Source of the DNA: a virus
Taxonomy: Duplodnaviria > Caudoviricetes
Virus record (IMG/VR): IMGVR_UViG_3300016476_001554
Coordinates: 7,123 to 71,122 of that record
Direction: 5' to 3' (one strand)
DNA: 64,000 nt
This document shows, piece after piece, positions 18,774 through 30,400 of the stretch (position 1 is its first letter; each line of letters opens with the position of its first letter). The notes under the pieces are model-generated. The model was given only the letters and a program-made list of their open reading frames with translations. It had not been told where the DNA came from and did not search any database. The position numbers and the translations under genes are program-made.

Positions 18774-21700
18774 TTATTGTATTGCCAATATTTCAGCTAA
18801 AGTTGTGTTATTATTTATTTTTACATTATTAAGAGCAAAAAAACCAATAATACTATTTAAATAATTATTACTCAATCTAGGGCCTGTTGCATACAACAAT
18901 AAATATTGACCCAGTGTACCAGTATAATTAAATTTAAACCCTGACACACACTTACCTAAACCTGTTCCAGATTCACTATCATAACTTCCCCTATAAATAT
19001 CTGTACCTATAAAATGAGTTTGATTTAAATGGTTTTCCTGTCTGGCTACAGCCCTATCCCTTTTATATGCCGCTTGGTATATATAATTAAATAAACTTTT
19101 GATACCATTTTCTAATCTTAATTGATTAGAGCTAGCTCCACTATCGGTATTTCCTATATTACCAGGATTTTTAGTAGTATATGCCTTAGCTCCAGGATAA
19201 AAACCTTCATGTATAGCTTGAGCTATTGCCAGAAGCTTAAACCCTCTAGTTTGATTTTCATAATCTTTTTTAATTATCGGCATAATTTCAGCTATAACAT
19301 ATTTTTGTTGTTTTCCGTCTTTATTATTAAATCTAACACCAGCTATAGTTATATCAGATTTAATTGGGAAATTACTTCCTGTTGCAAGACCTTGATTGGC
19401 TAAAGGCGCTGGGTTCGTACAATCACCTGCTCTCACAGGAGTAATACCATCATCTCTTTGACCGCCTGTTAAATCCTGTTGTGCGGCATCAAATATTTCC
19501 ACACCTCCATCAATACCTATCGCATAAGTAGGTGCAACCCTAGTTGTATTAACAGCTCTACCTCTTAAGTCATCTGACTCTACAGTTGCCTCAACAACAG
19601 ATAAACCAGCTAAAGAATCTAAAGTTACTGGTTTTATAGCAGCCAACTCACCAGCAGAAAACCTCATTCTAATACCTTCAGCACTAGTTTTCATATCATT
19701 TGGAGTTATATTATGCTTAACATTAATAACTTGATATATACCATTAAACAACGGAATACTATTTAAATAAAAATATTGCATAGGAAATATCTGAGCATTT
19801 CCAATCATATCAAAATTGGCAGTATAACTTCTTCCTTCCATCACAGGAAGCTGAGAACAATCTGTAGCTATTTTTTTATGCGGATTATCATTATCTGTAG
19901 CTCTTTGATTGCTGATTATTGATTCTGCTGTAGTTTTTGTTTCATAAGAATCTACACTTAAATTTGTAAAAACTTTATTATCTGGAGACCCCAACTTAAC
20001 CTCATAAGCTGTCTGACTTAAACTAGATATTCCATAATCTTCAACTAGTGTAGATTTACTTTGATTAATTGATTTAACTCTAGATTCAGGAGTAGGATTA
20101 AACATTACATAAAATAAATTCTGCAACTTAACTTTAGTTGTTATACTTGGTTTAAAAACTTCTTCATAATCATTAAAATTTCCATTACCAGGTATTGGAA
20201 CAAACATAAAATTGTTTTTTTTACACAACTGCTGAAACATATTTAAAACAGTTGTATTTCCATCCACTTGATATAACGGGTCTAAGTTAATTATTGAATT
20301 TTTTATATCTACATTATTTTTCTCACTTAATGGATAATCATAAACAAATACATTTGTATCCAATCCACTTATTTGCGTTTTTTTATCTACACCTCTTACA
20401 GAATAATGTCTTTTATTATCTTTTGGATCTGCTGATCCGTAACGATTTTCTAATGTACTAGCTATAGAATTTATTGGAATAGGAGTAAAATTATCTGTAG
20501 AATCTAATGCATCATATTTAGAATCATCAAACAACAAAGACTCCCATTGATGATATAGTGTATGAAATTGTTTATAGATTAAATCTCTATTTTCAATAGC
20601 CTGACCTAAAACGTCTGAAATTATCTGATTTTTTTCTTGCTCAACAACAGACATTTTATTTAATACAATATTACACATTCGCTTTATAGAAGCTCTATGG
20701 TTTACACCTGAAGTACTTTTTAAAAAAGGAGCAAAAACTAAACCTTGATCGTCTGATAGTGGTGCCATAGCTACAGCCACAGCTAAATTATTAGCTGGAA
20801 TTTGCTTATTATAAGAATTAATTACAGAATCAGATGGAACTATTTTTGCATCCTTTGGATATATAACTCTATCCTCCCACTTATCTCCACTAGACTCAAA
20901 TAGTTCAGTTAAAGGATTTTCAATTTCTAAATAATTAATAACAGCAAAAGCAAATCTTTCGTTTATAAATTTTATTCTACCTAATGGTTCTGTAGAATTG
21001 CCTGCCAAAATTTGAGTAATTGTACCCCCTGAATTTGTAGGATCATTTTGAGCCTCTGAACCTGTTGGGTAATATGTATCTATAGGCACAATTCCAAACA
21101 AAGGTTTTTGACCACTAACCGAACCTAAAAGACCAGTTGCGTCAGGATCTTCATTTCTAGCCTCATTATCACTAACTGCATTATTTGCTTCTTTTGCCTT
21201 TGTAGCATCCCCACCTCTAAACAACACAAATGTAAAATCATCAGTAACTGTGTCAGTTTTTGGAACTCTATATAATATATCATTATTAAACACAGCTTGT
21301 GCTTGCATTTTTGATCTTGATATAAACGCTGAATTTGATTTGTCGTAACCAACTTCATCTAAATCTGGAGTAGTTTTTTTTCCAAAAACATAATCATAAA
21401 CATCAAATATATCCCAAGTTACACTTTTATCAGATAAATCAACTTGAACATTTCTTTTCGCAGAACTTGGTATCCCTTGATTAAATTCTACACCTTCTAA
21501 ATCACCATCTGGCTTTCCATCACTACCAAGCACTTTTGTGCCATCGTCAGAAATTAATCTCACCCAATAATAACAAAACTTTTTTAATAAAATATATTCC
21601 GACTCATCCATTTCAGCCAACATATCCGTAGTAATGTTTTCCATATCCGAAGCTGCAAGTTCTAAAACCTCATCTATAGAAGCTCTATCAAAATAAAAGT

Positions 21701-23237
21701 TGTCGTACCAACCTGGATAGTTTGGGTCATTACTTCTAACTAAAAAAGCTATAATTCCAGCTCTCACCATAATGTTTTGAGCTATATTTCTAAAAAAAGG
21801 CTTATACGGATTTCCTTTAGGGGCTTCAATATTTATAATTCTCCTTACTAACTTATCATTATCTTGTAAAACACCTCTCTTGTCATCTTTTACCAAATCC
21901 TTAGCTACACCTTGACTAACAGCAGTAATAAATCTATCAACAAAACTTAACTCAAACTCCTCAACTCCAACACCTTCTCCTATTGCTGGAATTTCAGTTC
22001 CAGTTACTGGGTCTACTTTTAAAGGGTATTGCTTTCCTATAATTTGTTGTTTTTTTACTAAAGAATTTCTGTCATTTTTATACTTATCATAACCCCTAGC
22101 TCCATATTCCAAAATTTTACCCATAATATAACCAGAATCCCTTCCAATTTGTTGAAATATTTGTCCAATAGTTATTTTTTCTAATTTACTTTTAGTAGAA
22201 TCATAAACTCTCTTTTTTATAGCATCTTCAATAACTTTAATATTATCATCAACCTGTTTCAATCTTTTTCTTACTTCCTCTTGCTTGAATGCGCCACTAC
22301 TGAAATCTACAGAATCTAATGAAATACCTTGACTACCTCTTGACCCTATTGTCGCATTCAATAACAAAAACGTATTAACCTTTCTGAGTGCATCAGCGTT
22401 CCCTCCAGTATATTCTTTTATTTTTTCAATAGAGTTTATAGATGAGTTTCTAGGAGTTGGAAATGTAATTGTATGAAAGTTAATAGAGTTTGCGCCATCT
22501 TTTGTAGATTTTACTTTTGAACCTCCTGCTGTACCATCTATTTTTTCATCAAAATTTATTATTTTACTATAACAAATAGCCTCTACTATTCTATTCGTTT
22601 TTATTAAATTCATTTGCTGTAGAAGAACATCAAATTGTTTTGTTACCTCTTTTGTTTTTGCATCAGCCTTAATACCTATTTTAATTAAATCAAAAATAGT
22701 TTGCTGTTTCTTAAATTCAGAAGGAGGTAATTCATCTCTTTTTAATCCTTTTACTGCTAATAAAAACAAAAAAGGCAAATCACCCATAAAACCCCACTGA
22801 CTCGGAATAAACTCACACTTTATCTCATAACTTCCATCATCTTTATATGAAGTTGATGTTTGCTTTAAATTAAGAACCCAAGAAACTTGCCTACCTAAAT
22901 ACCCTTTAAATGTGAATAAAAATTTAGGTGGCGGCCAATTAAATAAAACAGAATAATTAGGCACTTCTTCAGATACCATTTGTTTTCCAAAAACAGCATT
23001 TCCATATAAATCTTTAAACGTAATAGTCACTATAGGCTGCAAAGAAGCATTCACTTCTACATCTATATTTGTTATACCGAAACCTATATTTTTTCTAAAG
23101 AAACCAGTAGTAAATATTTTACGACCCATAAAGTCATATTGACTACCGTCAACTATAGCAGTCAATCTACCATCCAAATAAAAACCAGGATCTTTAATTA
23201 AAAATTCGGTTTTTTCTGCTTTTATTATACCTCCCAT
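18774..23237 (-). CDS. Giant baseplate-hub-like paralog 1 with C-terminal lysozyme-like domain
   Basis: Shared body with paralogs 2 and 3; hub-like IGNAQIFP...FNGIYQVINVKHNIT segment; C-terminal HEGFYPG...KNPGNIG. Confidence 0.65.
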   Translation of the reverse strand: MGGIIKAEKTEFLIKDPGFYLDGRLTAIVDGSQYDFMGRKIFTTGFFRKNIGFGITNIDVEVNASLQPIVTITFKDLYGNAVFGKQMVSEEVPNYSVLFNWPPPKFLFTFKGYLGRQVSWVLNLKQTSTSYKDDGSYEIKCEFIPSQWGFMGDLPFLFLLAVKGLKRDELPPSEFKKQQTIFDLIKIGIKADAKTKEVTKQFDVLLQQMNLIKTNRIVEAICYSKIINFDEKIDGTAGGSKVKSTKDGANSINFHTITFPTPRNSSINSIEKIKEYTGGNADALRKVNTFLLLNATIGSRGSQGISLDSVDFSSGAFKQEEVRKRLKQVDDNIKVIEDAIKKRVYDSTKSKLEKITIGQIFQQIGRDSGYIMGKILEYGARGYDKYKNDRNSLVKKQQIIGKQYPLKVDPVTGTEIPAIGEGVGVEEFELSFVDRFITAVSQGVAKDLVKDDKRGVLQDNDKLVRRIINIEAPKGNPYKPFFRNIAQNIMVRAGIIAFLVRSNDPNYPGWYDNFYFDRASIDEVLELAASDMENITTDMLAEMDESEYILLKKFCYYWVRLISDDGTKVLGSDGKPDGDLEGVEFNQGIPSSAKRNVQVDLSDKSVTWDIFDVYDYVFGKKTTPDLDEVGYDKSNSAFISRSKMQAQAVFNNDILYRVPKTDTVTDDFTFVLFRGGDATKAKEANNAVSDNEARNEDPDATGLLGSVSGQKPLFGIVPIDTYYPTGSEAQNDPTNSGGTITQILAGNSTEPLGRIKFINERFAFAVINYLEIENPLTELFESSGDKWEDRVIYPKDAKIVPSDSVINSYNKQIPANNLAVAVAMAPLSDDQGLVFAPFLKSTSGVNHRASIKRMCNIVLNKMSVVEQEKNQIISDVLGQAIENRDLIYKQFHTLYHQWESLLFDDSKYDALDSTDNFTPIPINSIASTLENRYGSADPKDNKRHYSVRGVDKKTQISGLDTNVFVYDYPLSEKNNVDIKNSIINLDPLYQVDGNTTVLNMFQQLCKKNNFMFVPIPGNGNFNDYEEVFKPSITTKVKLQNLFYVMFNPTPESRVKSINQSKSTLVEDYGISSLSQTAYEVKLGSPDNKVFTNLSVDSYETKTTAESIISNQRATDNDNPHKKIATDCSQLPVMEGRSYTANFDMIGNAQIFPMQYFYLNSIPLFNGIYQVINVKHNITPNDMKTSAEGIRMRFSAGELAAIKPVTLDSLAGLSVVEATVESDDLRGRAVNTTRVAPTYAIGIDGGVEIFDAAQQDLTGGQRDDGITPVRAGDCTNPAPLANQGLATGSNFPIKSDITIAGVRFNNKDGKQQKYVIAEIMPIIKKDYENQTRGFKLLAIAQAIHEGFYPGAKAYTTKNPGNIGNTDSGASSNQLRLENGIKSLFNYIYQAAYKRDRAVARQENHLNQTHFIGTDIYRGSYDSESGTGLGKCVSGFKFNYTGTLGQYLLLYATGPRLSNNYLNSIIGFFALNNVKINNNTTLAEILAIQ

Positions 23238-23258
23238 TATTCAATTTTAAAATAAATT

Positions 23259-26200
23259 TTACCAAGTATCATCACTAAATCTTTTATCTCTAGGGTGTTC
23301 TGTTTCACCTATAGACCAATGCCACCACTCACCAGAAATCCTTCTTAAACCTGCATTATATAGCGCTTGATATATTGGTCCGTGATTTCGTATGTCCTTA
23401 CGATTAAAGGAGCTTTGCTCGATATCCATTGCCTGCCCTCTAACGTGATAACCCGAGCAAGGCTCAGCAACATTAGCTGGTTTTTTACTAGCTGGATAAG
23501 TTTTTCCATTTTTTACCCAAGATTTACCTGCTTTATAATTTTCAAGAGCAACTAAATATGACTCACGAGCTTTCTTCTGAAATTCAAAACTCCTATATGT
23601 ATCACCAATAGATAAACTAATACCCAAAGATTTAAGAGCCAAATAGGCGTTTTCTACAGCTCTTACAAACTCAGCTTTACCTTGTATTTTATGTCCATAA
23701 GCATCTGGTACCCATGAAGATTTTACAATAGCACCTGGCAATACATTTGGTAAAGGAGGACATTGTTCTAAACTTCCCGCATTTGGATCACCTGAATCTA
23801 CAGCAACTGGATTACTAAACGGAGGTGTATAAGACAATCTTTCTTTCACATCTCTACTTTTAAGTTTATCCGCTTCTAAACTGCTAATATCAACATCTAA
23901 ATTTGCTAAACTTTCTAATGTTATAGGTTTTATTCCAGCTTCTGTATTTTTAGAAAATCTCATCCTAATACCCTGTGCTTTAGTTGTCATATCATTAGGA
24001 GTAATACTATGGTTTACTTTTAATGTTTGATATAAACCATTAAAAAGCGGAATACTATTTAGATAAAAATATTGGAATGGGTATATTTGAGCATTACCAA
24101 CCATTTCAAATGTAGTTTTACAACTCCTACCCTCCATAACAGGAAGAAGAGAACAATCTGTAGTCACTTTTTTATTTTGATTTTCATTATCTGTTAGTCT
24201 TTGTAAATTCACAATACTTTCTGCAGTTGGCTTATTTTCATAAGTTTCTATATCTATAGATTTAAAAATTTTATTAAAAGGAGAACCAACTTGAACCTCC
24301 ATAGCATCAGCTGTAATTTCTACTTCCCCGTTCTGAGATAATGATGAAAAATCGTTATTATCCAATTTTGTTCTAGATTCAGGAGTAGGACTAAACATGA
24401 CGTAAAATAAATTCTTCAATTCAACATTTGTAGTTATTTTAGGAGTAAAAACCTCAGAACAATCGTTAAAATTTCCATTACCAGGTATTGGTACAAACAT
24501 AAAATTATTTTTTGCACACATTTGCTGTATAATATTTAATACAGTCGTATTACCATTTGGTTTATACATAGGCTCAATGTTTACTATTGAATTTTTTACA
24601 TTTAGCTTAGTTGTATTATTTAAAGGATAATCATAAACAAAAGTGCAATTATTATATGAATTAACAGATGCTACCCTATTTCCAGAAGTAGGAGATTTGT
24701 GTTGACTATCTGCACCAAATCTATTTTCTAACGCACTTACTATCTCGCCAGTTTTTAATTTTATATAAGAACCATTTATTTTATCATCACTAGCATCTGT
24801 ATATAACAAACTTTCCCATTGGTGATAAAGAATATTAAATTGCTTATACAAAGCATTTTTTCCTTCTTCTGCCTTACCTAAAACTTGAGATACTATTTGA
24901 TTTTTTTCTTCTTCTAGCTTAGAAAATTTATCTAATATGATTTCGCACATTTTTTTTATGCAAGCTGCATGATTTCTTCCAGATGTTGTTTCATAGAAAA
25001 TACCAAAAACTAAACCTTTATCTCCAGTATATGTATGAAATGCAACTGATACAGCACTATTTGTTGCTGGTATCTGTTTTTCATAATTAGTTATAGGTTC
25101 ATTTGCATTTACAAACACAGTATCTGTAGGATATACACAATCAGCCATCCACGCTGATTCACTATCCCAAGAAGAAATACCTGGATTTGCCATATCAGCA
25201 TATTTTAGAAGTGCCACAGAAGCTCTTTCGTTCATAAATTCAATTCTACCCAACACTGTGCCGTTATTGTCATTATACGTATCTATTGGCACATAACCTT
25301 TAAGATTTGGCAAACCAGTAAATATCCCACCTTCATCAGCATTTGAATTTCTAGCTTCTGAATCTGAATTAGAACTATTCACTTCTTTTACTTTTGTTGC
25401 GTCTACTCCTGTAAATATAACAAAAGCAAAATCATCTTTTACCTTTGTCCCATCTGGAACTCTATATAAAATACCATTATTGTAAATTGCTTGCGCTTGT
25501 AAAGAACCAGAGTCTATATATTTAAAATTAGAATTATCTATAGAATTTTTTGGTCCTACACCCCCAAACGCCATAGTATAAATCTCTTTTAATGTCTTTT
25601 TTGTTTTTGATGATTTATCTACAATGACACCTTTGTTTAATGTGCTAGATGGAATATTATCGCCAAAACCTACTTTAGGTGCATCAAAAGCAACACTGCC
25701 ATTATCATTTAATATTTTAGTACCATCATTACTAACAAAATTTTTCCAAAAAGTACAAAATTGCTTGAGTTGAATCGCTTCCTCTTCGTCCATTTCAGAA
25801 AGCATAGAAACACTAATATTTTCCATATCAGATGTAGCTAAAGACGTAACCTCCTCAACAGACTCTCGGTCTATCATAAAAGCGTCGTAATCACCTGGAT
25901 AGTTTGGGTCATTACTTCTCGTTAAGAACGATATAATACCAGATCTTACCATTACATTTTGTGCTATATTTCTAAAAAAAGGTCTATATGGATTATCCTT
26001 TGGACCTTCCACATTATTTACTCTTTTTACTAACACGTTGTTCGTAGAAGCCTGACCTGATTCATTTGTAGTTGTTATTAAATCTTTTGCAACACCCTCG
26101 CTTATTGCTGTTACAAACTGATTTACAAAAGCCATTTCATATTTATCAACACCATAACCTTCAGCTGGAACTTCCTCTTTTTTATCTCCTTTTATCATTA

Positions 26201-27395
26201 GAGGATAATACTTGTTTATAATAGCTTCGCTTTCAACAGCGCTATCTCTATCTGTATTATTTACATAACCCTCTTCTCCTGCTTTTAATATTCTACCGAT
26301 TAAATATCCAGAATCTCTTGCTAAATGTTTAAATATTTCACCTATAGTTATTTTACTTAGCTGAGATTTTGATGATTCATAAACCCTACTTTTTATCGCT
26401 TCTTGAATAACTCTTATGTTATCATCTATTGCACTAGTTCTTTGTCTGGATGCAACTTCTTCATACACACCACCATTGAAATTTATAGAGTCTAAAGAAA
26501 CACCCAAAGGGGATATGCCTCCTATTTTTGCATTTAACAATAAATATGTATTCACTTTCCTTAATGCTTCTGCGCTTGTTGATGTATATGCCTTTATTTT
26601 TTCTACAGAATCTATTCTACTATCAGAAGGTTTATTAATAGTAATTGTGTTAAAATTTAATGAGCCACTTTTTTTTATTTTATTTTTACCTACAGTACCA
26701 TCTATTTTTTCGCCTAATCTTATTAATCTACTATAAGCTAAAGCTTCCACAATTCTACCAGACTTAATTAAAGTCATTTGTTGAAGTAGGTTGTCAAATT
26801 CTCTAGAAACTTCTTTAGTTTTAACTTCTACTCTTCTACCTATCTTAATTAAATCAAAAACACTTTTAAATTCACTAAACTCACTACTATTCAATTCTTT
26901 CTTTTTTAAACCCTTAACAGCTAACAAAAAAAGAAATGGAAGATCCGCAAAAAAACCCCATTGATTTGGAACAAACTCACACTTTATATCATAACTCCCA
27001 TCTTGCTGGTAAGTTACCGATGTTTGTTTAAGCGTTAACAACCAAGACACTTGATTACCTAAATACCCTTTAAATGTAAATAAAAATTTAGGCGGAGGCC
27101 AATTAAATAAGACTTTATAATTACCATAATTCGTTCCTTGATTTTTCCCAAACATTACATTTCCATATAAATCTTTAAAAGTTATAGTTATAATTGGATG
27201 TAAATTTGTGTTTAATTCAATATCTATATTAGTTATTCCAAAACCGATATTTTGCCTAAAAAATCCTGTTGTAAATATTTCTTTACCCATAAAATCATAA
27301 GGACTACCATCTACCAAGGCAGTAAGCCTTCCATCAAGGTAAAAGCCTTTGTCGCTGATTTTAAAAGGTATGTCTTTGGGTGAAATTTTTGGCAT
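23259..27395 (-). CDS. Giant baseplate-hub-like paralog 2 with C-terminal M15 (VanY-like) peptidase
   Basis: Start moved to MPKISPK (27395); DTYRS..Q, SGYHVRGQAMDI, EWWHW. Confidence 0.72.
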   Translation of the reverse strand: MPKISPKDIPFKISDKGFYLDGRLTALVDGSPYDFMGKEIFTTGFFRQNIGFGITNIDIELNTNLHPIITITFKDLYGNVMFGKNQGTNYGNYKVLFNWPPPKFLFTFKGYLGNQVSWLLTLKQTSVTYQQDGSYDIKCEFVPNQWGFFADLPFLFLLAVKGLKKKELNSSEFSEFKSVFDLIKIGRRVEVKTKEVSREFDNLLQQMTLIKSGRIVEALAYSRLIRLGEKIDGTVGKNKIKKSGSLNFNTITINKPSDSRIDSVEKIKAYTSTSAEALRKVNTYLLLNAKIGGISPLGVSLDSINFNGGVYEEVASRQRTSAIDDNIRVIQEAIKSRVYESSKSQLSKITIGEIFKHLARDSGYLIGRILKAGEEGYVNNTDRDSAVESEAIINKYYPLMIKGDKKEEVPAEGYGVDKYEMAFVNQFVTAISEGVAKDLITTTNESGQASTNNVLVKRVNNVEGPKDNPYRPFFRNIAQNVMVRSGIISFLTRSNDPNYPGDYDAFMIDRESVEEVTSLATSDMENISVSMLSEMDEEEAIQLKQFCTFWKNFVSNDGTKILNDNGSVAFDAPKVGFGDNIPSSTLNKGVIVDKSSKTKKTLKEIYTMAFGGVGPKNSIDNSNFKYIDSGSLQAQAIYNNGILYRVPDGTKVKDDFAFVIFTGVDATKVKEVNSSNSDSEARNSNADEGGIFTGLPNLKGYVPIDTYNDNNGTVLGRIEFMNERASVALLKYADMANPGISSWDSESAWMADCVYPTDTVFVNANEPITNYEKQIPATNSAVSVAFHTYTGDKGLVFGIFYETTSGRNHAACIKKMCEIILDKFSKLEEEKNQIVSQVLGKAEEGKNALYKQFNILYHQWESLLYTDASDDKINGSYIKLKTGEIVSALENRFGADSQHKSPTSGNRVASVNSYNNCTFVYDYPLNNTTKLNVKNSIVNIEPMYKPNGNTTVLNIIQQMCAKNNFMFVPIPGNGNFNDCSEVFTPKITTNVELKNLFYVMFSPTPESRTKLDNNDFSSLSQNGEVEITADAMEVQVGSPFNKIFKSIDIETYENKPTAESIVNLQRLTDNENQNKKVTTDCSLLPVMEGRSCKTTFEMVGNAQIYPFQYFYLNSIPLFNGLYQTLKVNHSITPNDMTTKAQGIRMRFSKNTEAGIKPITLESLANLDVDISSLEADKLKSRDVKERLSYTPPFSNPVAVDSGDPNAGSLEQCPPLPNVLPGAIVKSSWVPDAYGHKIQGKAEFVRAVENAYLALKSLGISLSIGDTYRSFEFQKKARESYLVALENYKAGKSWVKNGKTYPASKKPANVAEPCSGYHVRGQAMDIEQSSFNRKDIRNHGPIYQALYNAGLRRISGEWWHWSIGETEHPRDKRFSDDTW

Positions 27396-27486
27396 AAATT
27401 TTATTTTAAATAAATATAGTTTTTTAGAATACACTTGTAAAGCGTTTCTGTACTAAGTATAAATATTTTCAATTAAATTTTATACA

Positions 27487-30400
27487 TTAAGGGAAAAAAC
27501 TTGCATATTTATTAACCCAATTATCAAAATTTGGCATATCATATACAACATTATCTTGATAATTATACGCAAAACCAAAGACATTATTACCTGGTATTCT
27601 CTGCACAAAAGATACTCTTTTTCCAGTTGGATCAAAAGGCCCAGAGTTAGTTTTCTTGTTTTTTACCTCTACCGTACCTTGACTTTGAGCTTGAAAATCC
27701 GTCCTCCCTTGTATAAAATCTTTAGCAGCAGTTCTATAAGCTATATTCGTTATACCTTCATATGTATCTTTAAGCATTTTTTCAGCAGTAGACTGAGTTA
27801 CACCCTTAGAGTTCATAACTGCTATTAAAGCACTTTGTTTATCGTTTATAGCGTTCCATTGAGGTTTGTTTTTAAATGTAGGTTCATATTGACCATTTGA
27901 GCACACAATAGATTTTATAGACTCAGAATTACTATACTTTTTACAACCCAACCTATTATAAATAGACTGAGCTACGTCTGCTCTAGATTGCCCAGCGCCA
28001 GCCTCCATACTACAAAGAGCAATCAAGGCCCAAAAATCAGCATCATCACCCTGCGCTATTTGACCACTACCACTTACATTAGCTACAATAGTACTAGCAT
28101 TAACAGCTCTTTGAAATAAACCGAAACTAAAAACAGGAGGAGATTGTGGTTTTGTTCTTTGAATATCTTTTCTATTTTCCAAATCACTACTATCCAATGA
28201 CTCAATTTTTAAATCTAAATTTTCAAAAGTTTCTAAAGTTATTGGTCTCATAGCAGCGGTTCCTCCCAAATTAACTCGCATTCTAATACCTTCAGCATTA
28301 GTAGACATACTATTCGGAGTTATGGAATGTCTTACTTTTCTAATTTGATATAAGCCATTAAAAAGAGGGATGCTATTTAAATAAAAATACTGCATAGGGA
28401 AAATTTGAGCATTTCCAACCATAGAAAACCCAGCCATATATGACTTACCTTCCATAACTGGCAAAGTAGAACAATCAACACCCATTTGATTATTTGTATT
28501 ATCTTTATCTGTAAGTGTTTGTAAAGTTATTACACTTTCTGCAGTTGGTTTATTTTCAGCACTATCTATAGTTACACTTTTAAATATTTTATTTTCTGTA
28601 GAACCCACTTTAACTTCAAACGCATCTGTATTTAATACAGGCGTTTTAGCTTGTGATAAAACAACATTACTTGTATTTGATAAAGTCGTTCTGGACTCTG
28701 GAGTAGGATTAAAAAGCACATAAAATAAATTCTGAATTTTTTGAGGTGTAGATCTATGAGGAGTAAAAACCTCAGAGTAATCACTAAAATTACCATTTCC
28801 TGGAATTGGAATAAAACTAAAATTATTTTTTGCACATATTTGCTGAATCATATTTAGAACTGTTGTATTTCCATCAGGATTATACATAGGTCCTATATTT
28901 ATTAACGAATTTCTAACATCTATATCTGCAACATCACTCACAACACAATCATAAACAAACACATTAGAATCTAAATTTTGTATCTTAGTTTTTCTATCTT
29001 CTTTTTGTATAGAAACGTGTCTAGAATCTGCATTTTCTCCTCCATATCTATTCTCTAAAACTGAAACTATTTGATTTGATTTAATCTGATTGCTATCTGA
29101 ACATAAATTATCAGAAGTAGGGTCATCATACATCAAAACTTGCCATTGATGAAATAGAGTATGGAATTGTTTATACAAAGCTGTTTTACCCTCCTCTGCT
29201 TTTCCTATAACATTTGATATAACTTTATTTCTATTTTCCTCTAACGTACCCATTTTTTCTAATAAAATAGAGCACATTTTTTTTATACAAGATCTATGAT
29301 TTCTTCCTGATGTTGTTTCCATAAAAGGTCCAAAAACCAACCCTTTATCTTGAGACAGAGGAGAAAAAGCTATAGAAACAGCTAAGTTAGATAAAAAAAC
29401 TTCATGGTTATTACCTGTATATGTATTTGGGTCAACTATTTTACTTCTTTTGTCATAAACAACATTGGATAGCCATTTTTCTTCATTTTTCCAAGTATCA
29501 GAACCAGGATTTGCCATTTCATTAAAGTTCAAAACAGCAACTTGAAATCTTTTATTAGTTAAAGCCACCCTACCTAATTCCCCTCCAAGAGATATAGGTT
29601 GCATACTAAACGGATCTAATACAGTAGTTGACGTTGTGCCTGATGTTGAACCAGTTGTTGACATACCTGTAGTGGGCGCTAAAGATTCTGAAGGATAATA
29701 AGTATCTATAGGTACAATACCAAGCAATGCCTTATCTAAATCTTCTGAAGATAACCTATCATCACTTACAGCGTTACGAGCCTCTTTGGCGTAAGTAGCA
29801 TAAAACCCTTCAAAAAGAACAAAAGAAAAATCATCCAAAAAATCACTATTTGTGGTTGCACTAGTACTTGAACTTGTGTCTATTTCTATAGCAGTCTTAG
29901 GTACTCTATATAATATTCCATTATTATAAACAGCTTGAGACTGCATAGATTTTTCATTTATATACTTTGCACTTGAATTATCTATTACATCGCCATCTTC
30001 ATTGTTTGACCCTTGCTTAGACCCAAAAGTCTCTGCATATATAGTTTTTAAATCTTTTTTTATATTAGCAGCTTTATCTACTATTACATCTCTATTTAAT
30101 AAACTACTACTAATAGATTCACGAAATCCATTTGTAGGGATTGCGCCTGCCTTATCTCCATTTGAGTCTAAGTAATAGAGACCATCTTCTGTCATCAACC
30201 TCGTCCAATAGTTGCAAAATTGTCTAAGTTTTATATACTCATCTGATGTTAATTGTGATAATAAATTTTCGGATATATTTTCCATATCAGCCGCAGCTAA
30301 CTCTAATACTTCCTCTACAGAAGTCCTATCAATACCCCAAAAAGTATCATAATCACCTGGTAAATTTGGATCATTACTTCTTGTCAAGAAAGCTATAATA